Below the pieces are notes generated by a model that was not told where the DNA came from, ran no database searches, and was given only the letters and a program-made list of their open reading frames with translations. The translations under genes were made by a program, and so were the position numbers. Shown piece after piece: positions 17,756-25,635 of a stretch of 64,000 nt of DNA; position 1 is the stretch's first letter; each line of letters starts with the position of its first letter. Source of the stretch: a bacterium (lineage in GTDB: Bacteria; Bacillota_I; Bacilli_A; RF39; UBA660); assembly GCA_022779465.1 (NCBI GenBank), contig JALFTB010000018.1, positions 8,773-72,772 of the forward strand, in the 5' to 3' direction.

Positions 17756-18282
17756 TTGAATTATATGGTTTTATTTTTATAGTTGTGTTAGGCACTTTGG
17801 CTCATTTTATTTATGATTGGTCTAACCATAACAAATATTTAGCTTTATTAGTTGCTGTTAATGAGAGTGTATGGGAACATATGAAGTTAATTGTTTTTCC
17901 ATCTTTGATATGGCTTCTTGTGGAGATTCCTTTTATAGGAAGTAATCCTAATTTTATGATGGCTAAATTAGTTTCATTACTAACAATGCTTGTTCTTATA
18001 CCGGTTGTATTTTATATTTATCAAGCTATATTTAAGAAAACATCATTAATTTTTGATATTGTTGAATTTGTTGTTGCGATAGGATTAGGTCAGTATTTTT
18101 CATATTTAGTACTTAATACTTATGCATTACCTAAAGTATTATCTTTTGTAAGTTTAGTAGTTTATATTTTTATTGATGGATACTTTTTAATTGCAACGTT
18201 AATGCCAGGCAAAAGTGAAATATATAAAGATCCTCGAAATAATAAAAGTGGCTTAGCAGGACATATTCATAATAAACATTAG
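17752..18282 (+). CDS. hypothetical polytopic membrane protein
   Basis: About five hydrophobic spans. 4-nt overlap with the muramidase gene. Confidence 0.65.
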   Translation: MIELYGFIFIVVLGTLAHFIYDWSNHNKYLALLVAVNESVWEHMKLIVFPSLIWLLVEIPFIGSNPNFMMAKLVSLLTMLVLIPVVFYIYQAIFKKTSLIFDIVEFVVAIGLGQYFSYLVLNTYALPKVLSFVSLVVYIFIDGYFLIATLMPGKSEIYKDPRNNKSGLAGHIHNKH

Positions 18283-18311
18283 TAAATGAGAAAATCATTT
18301 ACTTTTTTTTT
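18282..18311 (+). terminator. rho-independent terminator
   Basis: GTAAATGA-GAAAA-TCATTTAC hairpin followed by 8-9 T. Confidence 0.65.
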
Positions 18312-18352
18312 ACTTTTTTATATAATATATTTTATCTTTATAGGTGAGAAGT

Positions 18353-19660
18353 ATGAAATTAGTAGAAAGAGCACTTAGTTTTACAATTAGAGCACATGAT
18401 GGACAATATCGTAAACATGATAAGGATACACCTTATGTTTTTCATCCAATGGTTGTTAGTTTAATTTTAAAAACTGCTGACTTTGATGAAAAGGTTATTG
18501 CTGCGGGATTACTTCATGATGTAGTTGAAGATACAAGATATAATATTGATGATATATCTAAACTTTTTGGTGGAGAAATTGCTAGTTTAGTGATGACTGC
18601 TACTGAACCTGATAAATCTTTACCTTGGAAAGAAAGAAAAAAACAACAAATTAAAGTAATAAAAGATTTACCAGTAGCTAATAAAGCAATTGTATGTGCT
18701 GATAAAATAGCTAATTTAGAAGATTTAAGAATTCAATTAAGAAAAAATGGATATATAGATTTTTCGGTTTTTAAAGCAGATCGTAATGAACAAGAATGGT
18801 TCTTTAGAAATGTTTATAATGCTTTAAGTGAAAATAATAATGATGAAAGAATAAGTATTTTGTTAGAAAGATATTTAAATGTTTTTTATGATGTGTTTTA
18901 TGGTCTTAGTATAGTTGATCCTGATTATTATGATAATAGAAATAGAATATATGATAATCTTAGAACTAAGGGATATCTTGAAGAATTAACTAAATTAAAA
19001 GATGTTATTCAAGATAATAAACCTTATGTTATTGAGTTTACAGGAAGTCCTAGTGTTAGAGGTTCTTCAATAAGAATGTTGGAAGATTTCTTTGAAGATG
19101 CTAAATTTAGAGTTAAAGTTACTGATGAAGAAGAAAAAATTGGTAGATATACGACAGAGTTTTTATCTAATCCTAAAAGTTTATCTTTAGTAGAAAAGAA
19201 TTTACTTATAGCATCTGCTATAAAAGAAGATTTAATGAAAGATATTGTTGGAGATCAAAGTATTATTATGGCTAATGGGGCTTTATTTGAAATATTAAGT
19301 TATGTTAAATTATTAGCAAATAAAGGCGTTATTAGTGACAGAGATTTTATGATATTCTTTGCTGAATATGCTGAAGATTTAGATAAGATGATTAATCATG
19401 TTGTTGTTTGTTATAACAATCCAATAAATTTAAAGAGTAATAGAAGTGAAATATTAACAAAATCAGATAGTATGGTTGATTATAGTGAAGCTATTTCTCA
19501 GTGTGAAGCATTAATTAGTGGTTCTACAGTTGTTGATATGACTAAAATTAATCCTAATGATGCAACTTTAATGGTAGCAAGCTCACTTTTACCTATTATG
19601 CGCAATGAATACGTACTTAGATTAAAATCATTTTTAGAACAAAAAAAGAATCAATTTTAG
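18353..19660 (+). CDS. HD-domain (RelA/SpoT-type hydrolase-like) protein fused to a degenerate P-loop-like domain
   Basis: 'GQYRKHDKDTPYVFHPMVVSLIL...AAGLLHDVVEDT', 'FGGEIASLVMTATEP' and 'CADKIANLEDL' match the (p)ppGpp hydrolase HD module. The C-terminal ~240 aa start with 'YVIEFTGSPSVRGSSIRMLEDFF'. ATG 18353 follows an AGGTGAG RBS. Confidence 0.75.
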   Translation: MKLVERALSFTIRAHDGQYRKHDKDTPYVFHPMVVSLILKTADFDEKVIAAGLLHDVVEDTRYNIDDISKLFGGEIASLVMTATEPDKSLPWKERKKQQIKVIKDLPVANKAIVCADKIANLEDLRIQLRKNGYIDFSVFKADRNEQEWFFRNVYNALSENNNDERISILLERYLNVFYDVFYGLSIVDPDYYDNRNRIYDNLRTKGYLEELTKLKDVIQDNKPYVIEFTGSPSVRGSSIRMLEDFFEDAKFRVKVTDEEEKIGRYTTEFLSNPKSLSLVEKNLLIASAIKEDLMKDIVGDQSIIMANGALFEILSYVKLLANKGVISDRDFMIFFAEYAEDLDKMINHVVVCYNNPINLKSNRSEILTKSDSMVDYSEAISQCEALISGSTVVDMTKINPNDATLMVASSLLPIMRNEYVLRLKSFLEQKKNQF

Positions 19661-19667
19661 ATTCTTT

Positions 19668-19931
19668 TTATTTGTTAGTATTTTCGTAATAATTTCTTTC
19701 GGATAGTTCATCTAATACTTGTTCAAGTTCTTCATCAAGTGTATCTTCATAAACCTCTTCAGCTTCATATATAATATCGTGAAGAGATGCGACTGTCTGT
19801 AAATCTATGCCATTTCTTGTTAATACATCTATTTGATATTTAGTTAAAACTAGATTATCATTTACTTTTTGAAGTTTATTACTTTCAAAATCTAGTTGAG
19901 AGACTAATTCATTTATATCATATTTTTCCAT
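19668..19931 (-). CDS. hypothetical small acidic protein
   Basis: 87 aa with an acidic C-terminal half 'EAEEVYEDTLDEELEQVLDELSE'. Its ATG shares one base with the stop of the upstream 58-aa ORF. Confidence 0.6.
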   Translation of the reverse strand: MEKYDINELVSQLDFESNKLQKVNDNLVLTKYQIDVLTRNGIDLQTVASLHDIIYEAEEVYEDTLDEELEQVLDELSERNYYENTNK

Positions 19932-20107
19932 TAAATAAACTTAAAGATATCAATGTATCCTTTACTTTCTAGTAAATAGATAATACCAGCGATTATTAAA
20001 ACAAATAACATAACAAATAAGAAACCAACGAATGCATTTCCTTTCTTTTGTTTTGGCATAGCTTCTTCTACAACAATTCTTCTTTTTAATTTATTATCAT
20101 CTGCCAT
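19931..20107 (-). CDS. unlisted 58-aa membrane protein (single C-terminal-half TM)
   Basis: Hand translation: MADDNKLKRRIVVEEAMPKQKKGNAFVGFLFVMLFVLIIAGIIYLLESKGYIDIFKFI. AAGGAG lies 8 nt upstream of ATG 20107. Fills the gap between two co-directional genes. Confidence 0.55.
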   Translation of the reverse strand: MADDNKLKRRIVVEEAMPKQKKGNAFVGFLFVMLFVLIIAGIIYLLESKGYIDIFKFI

Positions 20108-20120
20108 AATTATTCTCCTT

Positions 20121-20894
20121 TTATTTCATTATTTTTTTTACTTCTTTTTTAAATTTTTTAGGGTTTACTTTATATAATAAAACAGCTCCGACTAAAACAA
20201 TTGCAATTTCTGTCCAACTTATTTTTTTGTTATATTTAGCTGTTAGAGTAAGATTTGAAGTTATCTTAGTATCAAAATCAAATTCTTTATCATTTAAATA
20301 CCAACCTTCAAAATTGTATCCTTCTTTGGAAACACTAAGGGGAGTTACTAATTCGTTTTCGTTAACTTTAACTTTAGTTTCATCATTGTCATCTATAAAG
20401 GTAACAATGTATGTTTTAGCAGTATAATCTTTCCATAATCCCTTTTTTTCATTTTTAGCTTCTTCTTCAATTTTTTCTAATTCATCTAAATAAGAATATT
20501 TGCCATAAACATATTTGATTTGGGCATAACCTATTTCTAATAATTCTTTTTGAAGAAGTGAATTATCAACCCATACCCAGGCAAGGGTTCTTCCATACTT
20601 ATCTAATTTTGTGCTTTTTGGATCGTATTCTAATTCGATTTTTTTAGCATTAGTAATTTTTTTACATGTATATTCACTAGCGTTTTTTCCATAAGGTTGT
20701 TCTTTTTTAGTAGGATGAACTGTTTCTGGTGTATCGATAGCTAGAAATCTTACTTTGATATCTTCATTATTAACTGTAAATACAGCAGTATCACCATCAA
20801 CACATTTTTTAAATTTAACAGTTTCTTTTTCATTTGCATATACATTTGCAGTAAATGTTAAAAAAGCACATATTATCAACATTATTTTTTTCAT
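20121..20894 (-). CDS. secreted thermonuclease (SNase family) with Listeria-Bacteroides repeat and C-terminal TM anchor
   Basis: Signal peptide 'MKKIMLIICAFLTFTANVYA'. SNase motifs 'VDGDTAVF' and 'RFLAIDTPE'. 'YIVTFIDDN...EGYNFEGWYLNDKEFDFDTKITSNLTLTAKY' matches the Flg_new repeat. Terminal TM 'IAIVLVGAVLLY'. Confidence 0.85.
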   Translation of the reverse strand: MKKIMLIICAFLTFTANVYANEKETVKFKKCVDGDTAVFTVNNEDIKVRFLAIDTPETVHPTKKEQPYGKNASEYTCKKITNAKKIELEYDPKSTKLDKYGRTLAWVWVDNSLLQKELLEIGYAQIKYVYGKYSYLDELEKIEEEAKNEKKGLWKDYTAKTYIVTFIDDNDETKVKVNENELVTPLSVSKEGYNFEGWYLNDKEFDFDTKITSNLTLTAKYNKKISWTEIAIVLVGAVLLYKVNPKKFKKEVKKIMK

Positions 20895-21015
20895 AAAAAC
20901 CTCTATAATAATAATAACCTTAAAAAGTATTTGATATCAAGTGTATTTACATTTTTTATTATTTCATAGATATAGATTTTATGATACAATATTTTAGAAT
21001 AGTGGGTGTATATAA

Positions 21016-22281
21016 ATGGCTGTGATAGATACATTTTTAAATAAATTACAAAGACTTATAAATGTTGCCGATAGTGTTAAAACTAATAAAGCAATAAATC
21101 GTAATGCTAGTTTAGAAATAGAGAATGTTTTATATGCTAATGGAATTACTGGTGAGGTTTCATATGATGATTTACTTACTTTAAAGAAAAATGATTTAAG
21201 AACTATTTTTAAAGCTATGTATAGTGAAAAGTTTGAGTCTGAATATAATAGATTTATGTCTAAAAGAGCAATAATTGATGAATTTAGAAATATTTCTTTA
21301 TCCCATGTTGGTGCTTTTGAACCAAAAGAATATAGTGGAGCAATGGATTATATTAGTGATTTTGCTAATAAATTAAATGAATTTTTAAGTAGCAATAAAG
21401 CTAATGATGTTTCTATTGGAAATGATTTATATAAAAAATATTTAAATATGTTTAGAGGAAATAAGTTAGTTGTTCCAGTTACTGATTTTGATGAATTTGA
21501 TAGCTTACTTGATTCAATGAAATTTTCTGATAAAGAATCTGGAGATATTAAAATGTTTGTTGGACTTGGCAATATTGAATTACTTCTACCGGATGATAAA
21601 GATGAATTAACTGTTCTTAATAAGTATGAAATTATTTTAAAAAATAAATATAGTAAGTATAAAGACACTATTGTTTTGCTTAAGGGCGAAAGTTTTTCAT
21701 TGGATACTTTTGATGAATCTTTAGATAAAATTAAAGGTAGATTGAATGTTAATTCTGATGATGTTAGACAAGCTATGTGTTGTGTTTTACTTGGTAAAAA
21801 AATATCTGAATACAAGGATGTTTCAGCTAAAAAGGATATGCCTGCAAATATTAAAGAAGAGTATTTAAGTTCTTTAGAAGAAGAATTAGATAAAATTACA
21901 ATTAAGTCTAGAGAACAATCATCTAAAAAGGAAGAAACTAAAGATGAGGTTAAACCTGAAATAAGTAGAGATCCAGTTTTAGATGAAGTGGAAAATATAA
22001 TTAGTTCGGAAAAGGCTTTAATTGATAGTGTTAATTTTGATGATTTAAATATGTATCTTTTTGAAGGAATTAAAGAACAAAGTGAAGAAACGATTGGATA
22101 TAGAATTGTTTCAGTAATAACTGCTTTATATAGTGAGATGGAAAAACTTAATAATTTTACAGATACACCATCAGTGTATAATGCTTGTTTAAATAATATT
22201 AAAGAATATGTTGATGCTTATCATAAGTTAAAAGAAGAACAAAAAGGTTACTTGGTTAAGAAACAAAGTATAAAGAAATAG
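21016..22281 (+). CDS. hypothetical protein, first gene of a 3-gene unknown operon
   Basis: 421-aa ORF with no recognised catalytic motif and a central K/E-rich linker. The next gene starts 13 nt downstream. Confidence 0.65.
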   Translation: MAVIDTFLNKLQRLINVADSVKTNKAINRNASLEIENVLYANGITGEVSYDDLLTLKKNDLRTIFKAMYSEKFESEYNRFMSKRAIIDEFRNISLSHVGAFEPKEYSGAMDYISDFANKLNEFLSSNKANDVSIGNDLYKKYLNMFRGNKLVVPVTDFDEFDSLLDSMKFSDKESGDIKMFVGLGNIELLLPDDKDELTVLNKYEIILKNKYSKYKDTIVLLKGESFSLDTFDESLDKIKGRLNVNSDDVRQAMCCVLLGKKISEYKDVSAKKDMPANIKEEYLSSLEEELDKITIKSREQSSKKEETKDEVKPEISRDPVLDEVENIISSEKALIDSVNFDDLNMYLFEGIKEQSEETIGYRIVSVITALYSEMEKLNNFTDTPSVYNACLNNIKEYVDAYHKLKEEQKGYLVKKQSIKK

Positions 22282-22294
22282 AAAGGGTTATGTT

Positions 22295-23722
22295 ATGGAT
22301 TATTTATTACATTTAATTGATGAAACTACATCTCATTATGATGATAAAGATAATGAATATATGCAAAATGATGTTAATTTAACTAATATAAAAAATGTTA
22401 TTAAATTAGCCGATAGTGATCCTTTATATAAATATGAATTTATAACTCTTTTAGGGGATGACTTTTTATCTTTAATGGTTGATCAAGTACAAGAGGAAAG
22501 TGAAAGAGAATCTTTTTTAGCATCATTATTGTATTTAAAGAAATTAATGAAAATTAATAAAGAAATGGCAGATAAGATTACTTTAAATGATAATCAACAG
22601 GAAGAAATATTAAAATTACTTGAAATAATGAAGCAATATGTAAATGAAAAGGAATACTCTAATTCTGAGCAGAGAAGTTTAAATGAAGTTTATAAAAAAA
22701 ATATTCTTAAATTAAAACGTAAATTAGAAGAAAAAGAGGTTCTTAATAAAACTGATTATGAATCAGTTGGATATTTGTTATCTAAAGAATCTGATGATAA
22801 ATATAGTGAGTTAATGAGTGCAGTTAATAGATATAATTTAATACTTTTACAAGGTAATAATGTAAGTGTTAGTCAAGTAAATTATGTAGAACAAAATGAT
22901 GATGATATTAACCATAATGATAGATTATTGAGTAAATTTGATGTTAATGTTGAAAAATTTAAGAAAGAATATCCAGTTTTCTTTTTAGAAAGTTACCAAG
23001 TAAATAATCGTAAGATGGATTTATTAGAAGATAATGGGATTGATATAAATGAAGTTTTAAAACATGCTCCTAAATTATTACTTAGTCCATATTATTTATT
23101 AGAAAAGAATATGACTATTATGAAGTCTTATGGATTTGATTTATCTTGTGAGGAAGATAAGTCCAATTATGTTGTTTTGGGAACAGGTAATTTGGATTTA
23201 GCTTTAGATTATTTTATTGAACTTGGATATAATGATTTTATTCATAAAGATGTAAAGAACTGTTTAAAAAATTTAAGAGCTTTAATAATTAAACGTATAT
23301 ATTATGCATATAAGAATAAAATAAATATTTGGAGAATTGACGGTACAAATGTAGAAATGTTAAGTAATCGTGAAAAAAATAAGGATTATGATAAATTAAT
23401 CAGAGAACAGGCTACCGCACTTGATGAAGAAACTATTGATGTATTAATATCTAAATATCCGATATTAGAAGGTATAGATGCTTCTCATCGTGCTTATATA
23501 TTTAAAGATAGTTATAATGCAGCGATTAAAAGAAAGACTGAACTTATTTTTGGAAATAAGATTATTTCTAGAATTAAGACTTATAGTTTATTTAAAGTAT
23601 TAGTTGAAAATAATGTTAATGTTCAAGAAGCTTTGCTATATGCTTTATCTTATAATACGATTTTAGATCAAAGTGAATATGATAATTTAAAATCTGTTGT
23701 TTATTTTAAGGAGGCTAGGTAA
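22295..23722 (+). CDS. hypothetical helical-repeat protein (mTERF-like repeats, tentative)
   Basis: Repeats such as 'KMDLLEDNGIDINEVLKHAPKLLLSPYY', 'LLEKNMTIMKSYGFDL' and 'LALDYFIELGYNDF'. See findings. Confidence 0.65.
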   Translation: MDYLLHLIDETTSHYDDKDNEYMQNDVNLTNIKNVIKLADSDPLYKYEFITLLGDDFLSLMVDQVQEESERESFLASLLYLKKLMKINKEMADKITLNDNQQEEILKLLEIMKQYVNEKEYSNSEQRSLNEVYKKNILKLKRKLEEKEVLNKTDYESVGYLLSKESDDKYSELMSAVNRYNLILLQGNNVSVSQVNYVEQNDDDINHNDRLLSKFDVNVEKFKKEYPVFFLESYQVNNRKMDLLEDNGIDINEVLKHAPKLLLSPYYLLEKNMTIMKSYGFDLSCEEDKSNYVVLGTGNLDLALDYFIELGYNDFIHKDVKNCLKNLRALIIKRIYYAYKNKINIWRIDGTNVEMLSNREKNKDYDKLIREQATALDEETIDVLISKYPILEGIDASHRAYIFKDSYNAAIKRKTELIFGNKIISRIKTYSLFKVLVENNVNVQEALLYALSYNTILDQSEYDNLKSVVYFKEAR

Positions 23723-24012
23723 TGGAATATTTAAAAGATTATGTTTCATCTGAAGTGTATGAAAAGTTAATTAGTTTACTTAGTTTAGATGTGCAAAGTT
23801 CTTTATCTAAAAATAAAGATAATATTATAAAAATATTTAAATATTTTAAGAGTATTGGTATTAATAAGTTTGATGATTTATTATTATTTAGATGTGATTT
23901 GTTGTTTGAAGATGTTGAATCTTTAAAAGATAAAATTAATAAAATGGATACTTCTTTTGTGAGTTTTATTATACAAAATGATGTGGGAAACTTAATAAAT
24001 TTGGGTATATAA
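23722..24012 (+). CDS. hypothetical small helical-repeat protein (mTERF-like, tentative)
   Basis: AAGGAGG RBS. ATG overlaps the upstream TAA (TAATG). Contains 'IIKIFKYFKSIGINKFDDLLLFRCDLLFEDVESLKDKI'. Confidence 0.65.
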   Translation: MEYLKDYVSSEVYEKLISLLSLDVQSSLSKNKDNIIKIFKYFKSIGINKFDDLLLFRCDLLFEDVESLKDKINKMDTSFVSFIIQNDVGNLINLGI

Positions 24013-24040
24013 TTTAAAATTTTACATAAAATAAAAATAA

Positions 24041-24067
24041 TTAGCACTTATACTTGACAAGTGCTAA
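24041..24067. promoter_or_regulatory. second CIRCE-type operator TTAGCACTT-N9-AAGTGCTAA
   Basis: Arms identical to the element at 14438-14464. The spacer again carries TTGAC. Confidence 0.8.
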
Positions 24068-24082
24068 TTAAAGTAGTATAAC
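24054..24082 (+). promoter_or_regulatory. hsp20 promoter TTGACA-N17-TATAAC overlapping the CIRCE element
   Basis: TTGACA at 24054-24059 and TATAAC at 24077-24082. Confidence 0.65.
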
Positions 24083-24110
24083 TATAATTGTGAAAGGAAG
24101 TGTGAGGATT

Positions 24111-24509
24111 ATGAATATAATCCCAAAAAGTTTTTTATTTGATGATGATTTCGACAATTTCTTCTTACCAGCAGTAAAAAGAAATAATGAAATGAAGTGT
24201 GATATTTATGAAAAGGATAATAAATATCATATTGAAATGGATGTACCTGGTTATGATAAGAAAGATATTAACATTGAAGTAAAAGATGGATACCTTACTG
24301 TAAGTGCTTCAAAAGAGCAAGAAGAAAAAGATGAAAAGAAAAATTATATTAGAAGAGAAAGAGTTTATGGATCATTTAGTAGATCATTTGCTTTAGGTGA
24401 TGTTGATATTGAAAATATTGATGCTAAATTTGATAAAGGTTTACTAACCATTATTATTCCTAAACAAGAAGTTGTCGAAAATAAGAAAAAAATTGAAATT
24501 AAAGGATAA
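24111..24509 (+). CDS. small heat-shock protein (Hsp20/alpha-crystallin family)
   Basis: Alpha-crystallin domain 'CDIYEKDNKYHIEMDVPGYDKKDINIEVKDGYLTVSA...ERVYGSFSRSFALG...DAKFDKGLLTIIIPK'. Start ATG 24111 lies downstream of the promoter. Confidence 0.9.
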   Translation: MNIIPKSFLFDDDFDNFFLPAVKRNNEMKCDIYEKDNKYHIEMDVPGYDKKDINIEVKDGYLTVSASKEQEEKDEKKNYIRRERVYGSFSRSFALGDVDIENIDAKFDKGLLTIIIPKQEVVENKKKIEIKG

Positions 24510-24537
24510 GACTAATGACTATTCATTAGTCTTTTTT
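24508..24537 (+). terminator. rho-independent terminator after hsp20
   Basis: AAGACTAATG-ACTATT-CATTAGTCTT hairpin followed by a T-run. Confidence 0.7.
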
Positions 24538-24538
24538 G

Positions 24539-24567
24539 TTGAACTTAATGATTAGATGTGTTAAAAT
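24539..24567 (+). promoter_or_regulatory. tRNA promoter TTGAAC-N17-TAAAAT (TGT extended)
   Basis: TTGAAC at 24539-24544 and TAAAAT at 24562-24567, about 20 nt upstream of the tRNA 5' end. Confidence 0.55.
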
Positions 24568-24586
24568 TACAATTGTTAAATTGATT

Positions 24587-24662
24587 GGCCCATTGGTGAA
24601 ATGGTTAACACATAACCCTCTCAAGGTTACATTCATGAGTTCGAACCTCATATGGGTCACCA
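24587..24662 (+). tRNA. tRNA-Glu (anticodon CUC), CCA encoded
   Basis: Hand-folded cloverleaf. Acceptor GGCCCAT/ATGGGTC. Anticodon stem TAACC/GGTTA with loop CTCTCAA (anticodon CTC). T arm ATGAG-TTCGAAC-CTCAT. 3' ACCA. Backbone resembles Bacillus tRNA-Glu. Confidence 0.85.
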
Positions 24663-24672
24663 ATATGTTTAT

Positions 24673-24698
24673 AAATCCCTGTAAACAGGGATTTTTTT
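24673..24698 (+). terminator. rho-independent terminator after the tRNA
   Basis: AAATCCCTG-TAAA-CAGGGATTT hairpin followed by a T-run. Confidence 0.75.
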
Positions 24699-24783
24699 GT
24701 TAATTAGATATCTTGAAAATAGATATTAAGTATAATATAATAAGTTTGTCTTAAGTGTTTATGCATTTAGATAAGAGGAAAAA

Positions 24784-25635
24784 ATGGAAAATATTAGATT
24801 ATTATTAATAAGAATTTCAGAAAGATTATTTAAATCTTTTTCGTTATTTGGTGGAGTTAAGAATGTTAGTGATTTAACTGATAGAATTAAGGAAGCACCT
24901 AAAGAAGAATTATATCGTATAGCTGTTTATATGTTAGATTTCGCAGTTACTAATAATAAATTTTATTCTTGTAAGGACTTCTTTAATGTTTTATATGATG
25001 AAACGGTTAGAATGCTTAGTGAAAGCGAACAGTATAATGAATATTTTGTAAGTAGTATTCTTGGATATTTTAAACAAATGAATTATCCAGTGTATTTAGA
25101 TGGTTCGATGAATACTAAAGATATTAGTAAAGGTTTATGTTCTAATAAAATTAAAGTTATGATTCCTGAAGAACTAACTGAAAATGTTTTAGTTGTTATG
25201 TATGGTAAAGGTGCTAGTATTTACGAATGTGGGACACCAGTATCAATAAGTGATAATATTATTTTTGATGATTTTGATGCTTTACTTTATTTTGGAAATG
25301 GTTTTGAAATGGATATTTCTTATTATAATAAAGATAATAGTGGTAATTTGGTTACTAGAAAATATTTTAAAGATGAAAATGGCCAAATGGTTATAAATCA
25401 TGATGTTTTTAATGAGGTTAGACAATCACTTTGTTATAGTTCGGTTAGTGGAACTAATATGTTTATTGAAACTCCTGAGTTAGAATATGTTAGAGCTAGT
25501 AAAGGTGGAACGGACTATGATTTTGTTAGAATGATGCGAATAAAAGATAAGGTAAATAGGAAGAAAATAGCTGCTATTAGAAGTTTTGAAGATAATAGTA
25601 CAGTAAAGAAGGAGGATAAGACATATGGACTATAA
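24784..25635 (+). CDS. hypothetical protein
   Basis: 283-aa ORF with an AGAGGAAAAAA region before the ATG. The 3' end overlaps gltX by 11 nt. No recognisable domain. Confidence 0.6.
   Translation: MENIRLLLIRISERLFKSFSLFGGVKNVSDLTDRIKEAPKEELYRIAVYMLDFAVTNNKFYSCKDFFNVLYDETVRMLSESEQYNEYFVSSILGYFKQMNYPVYLDGSMNTKDISKGLCSNKIKVMIPEELTENVLVVMYGKGASIYECGTPVSISDNIIFDDFDALLYFGNGFEMDISYYNKDNSGNLVTRKYFKDENGQMVINHDVFNEVRQSLCYSSVSGTNMFIETPELEYVRASKGGTDYDFVRMMRIKDKVNRKKIAAIRSFEDNSTVKKEDKTYGL

Noticed and set aside
21348-21815. 155-aa antisense ORF inside the first gene of the unknown operon.
   Set aside because: The sense ORF is far longer (421 aa) and is packed tightly against the downstream genes. The antisense product is S/L-rich and low-complexity, with no RBS. 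The host gene is itself uncharacterised, so this rejection is somewhat less certain.
23739-24047. 102-aa antisense ORF opposite the 96-aa third gene of the unknown operon.
   Set aside because: The plus-strand gene has a strong AAGGAGG RBS and a TAATG overlap with its upstream neighbour. The minus-strand ORF would run into the CIRCE/hsp20 promoter and has no RBS.
24699-25624. T-box or other riboswitch leader upstream of gltX.
   Set aside because: The region is occupied by an uninterrupted 283-aa ORF that overlaps gltX. There is no room for a T-box leader, and I saw no specifier or terminator architecture.
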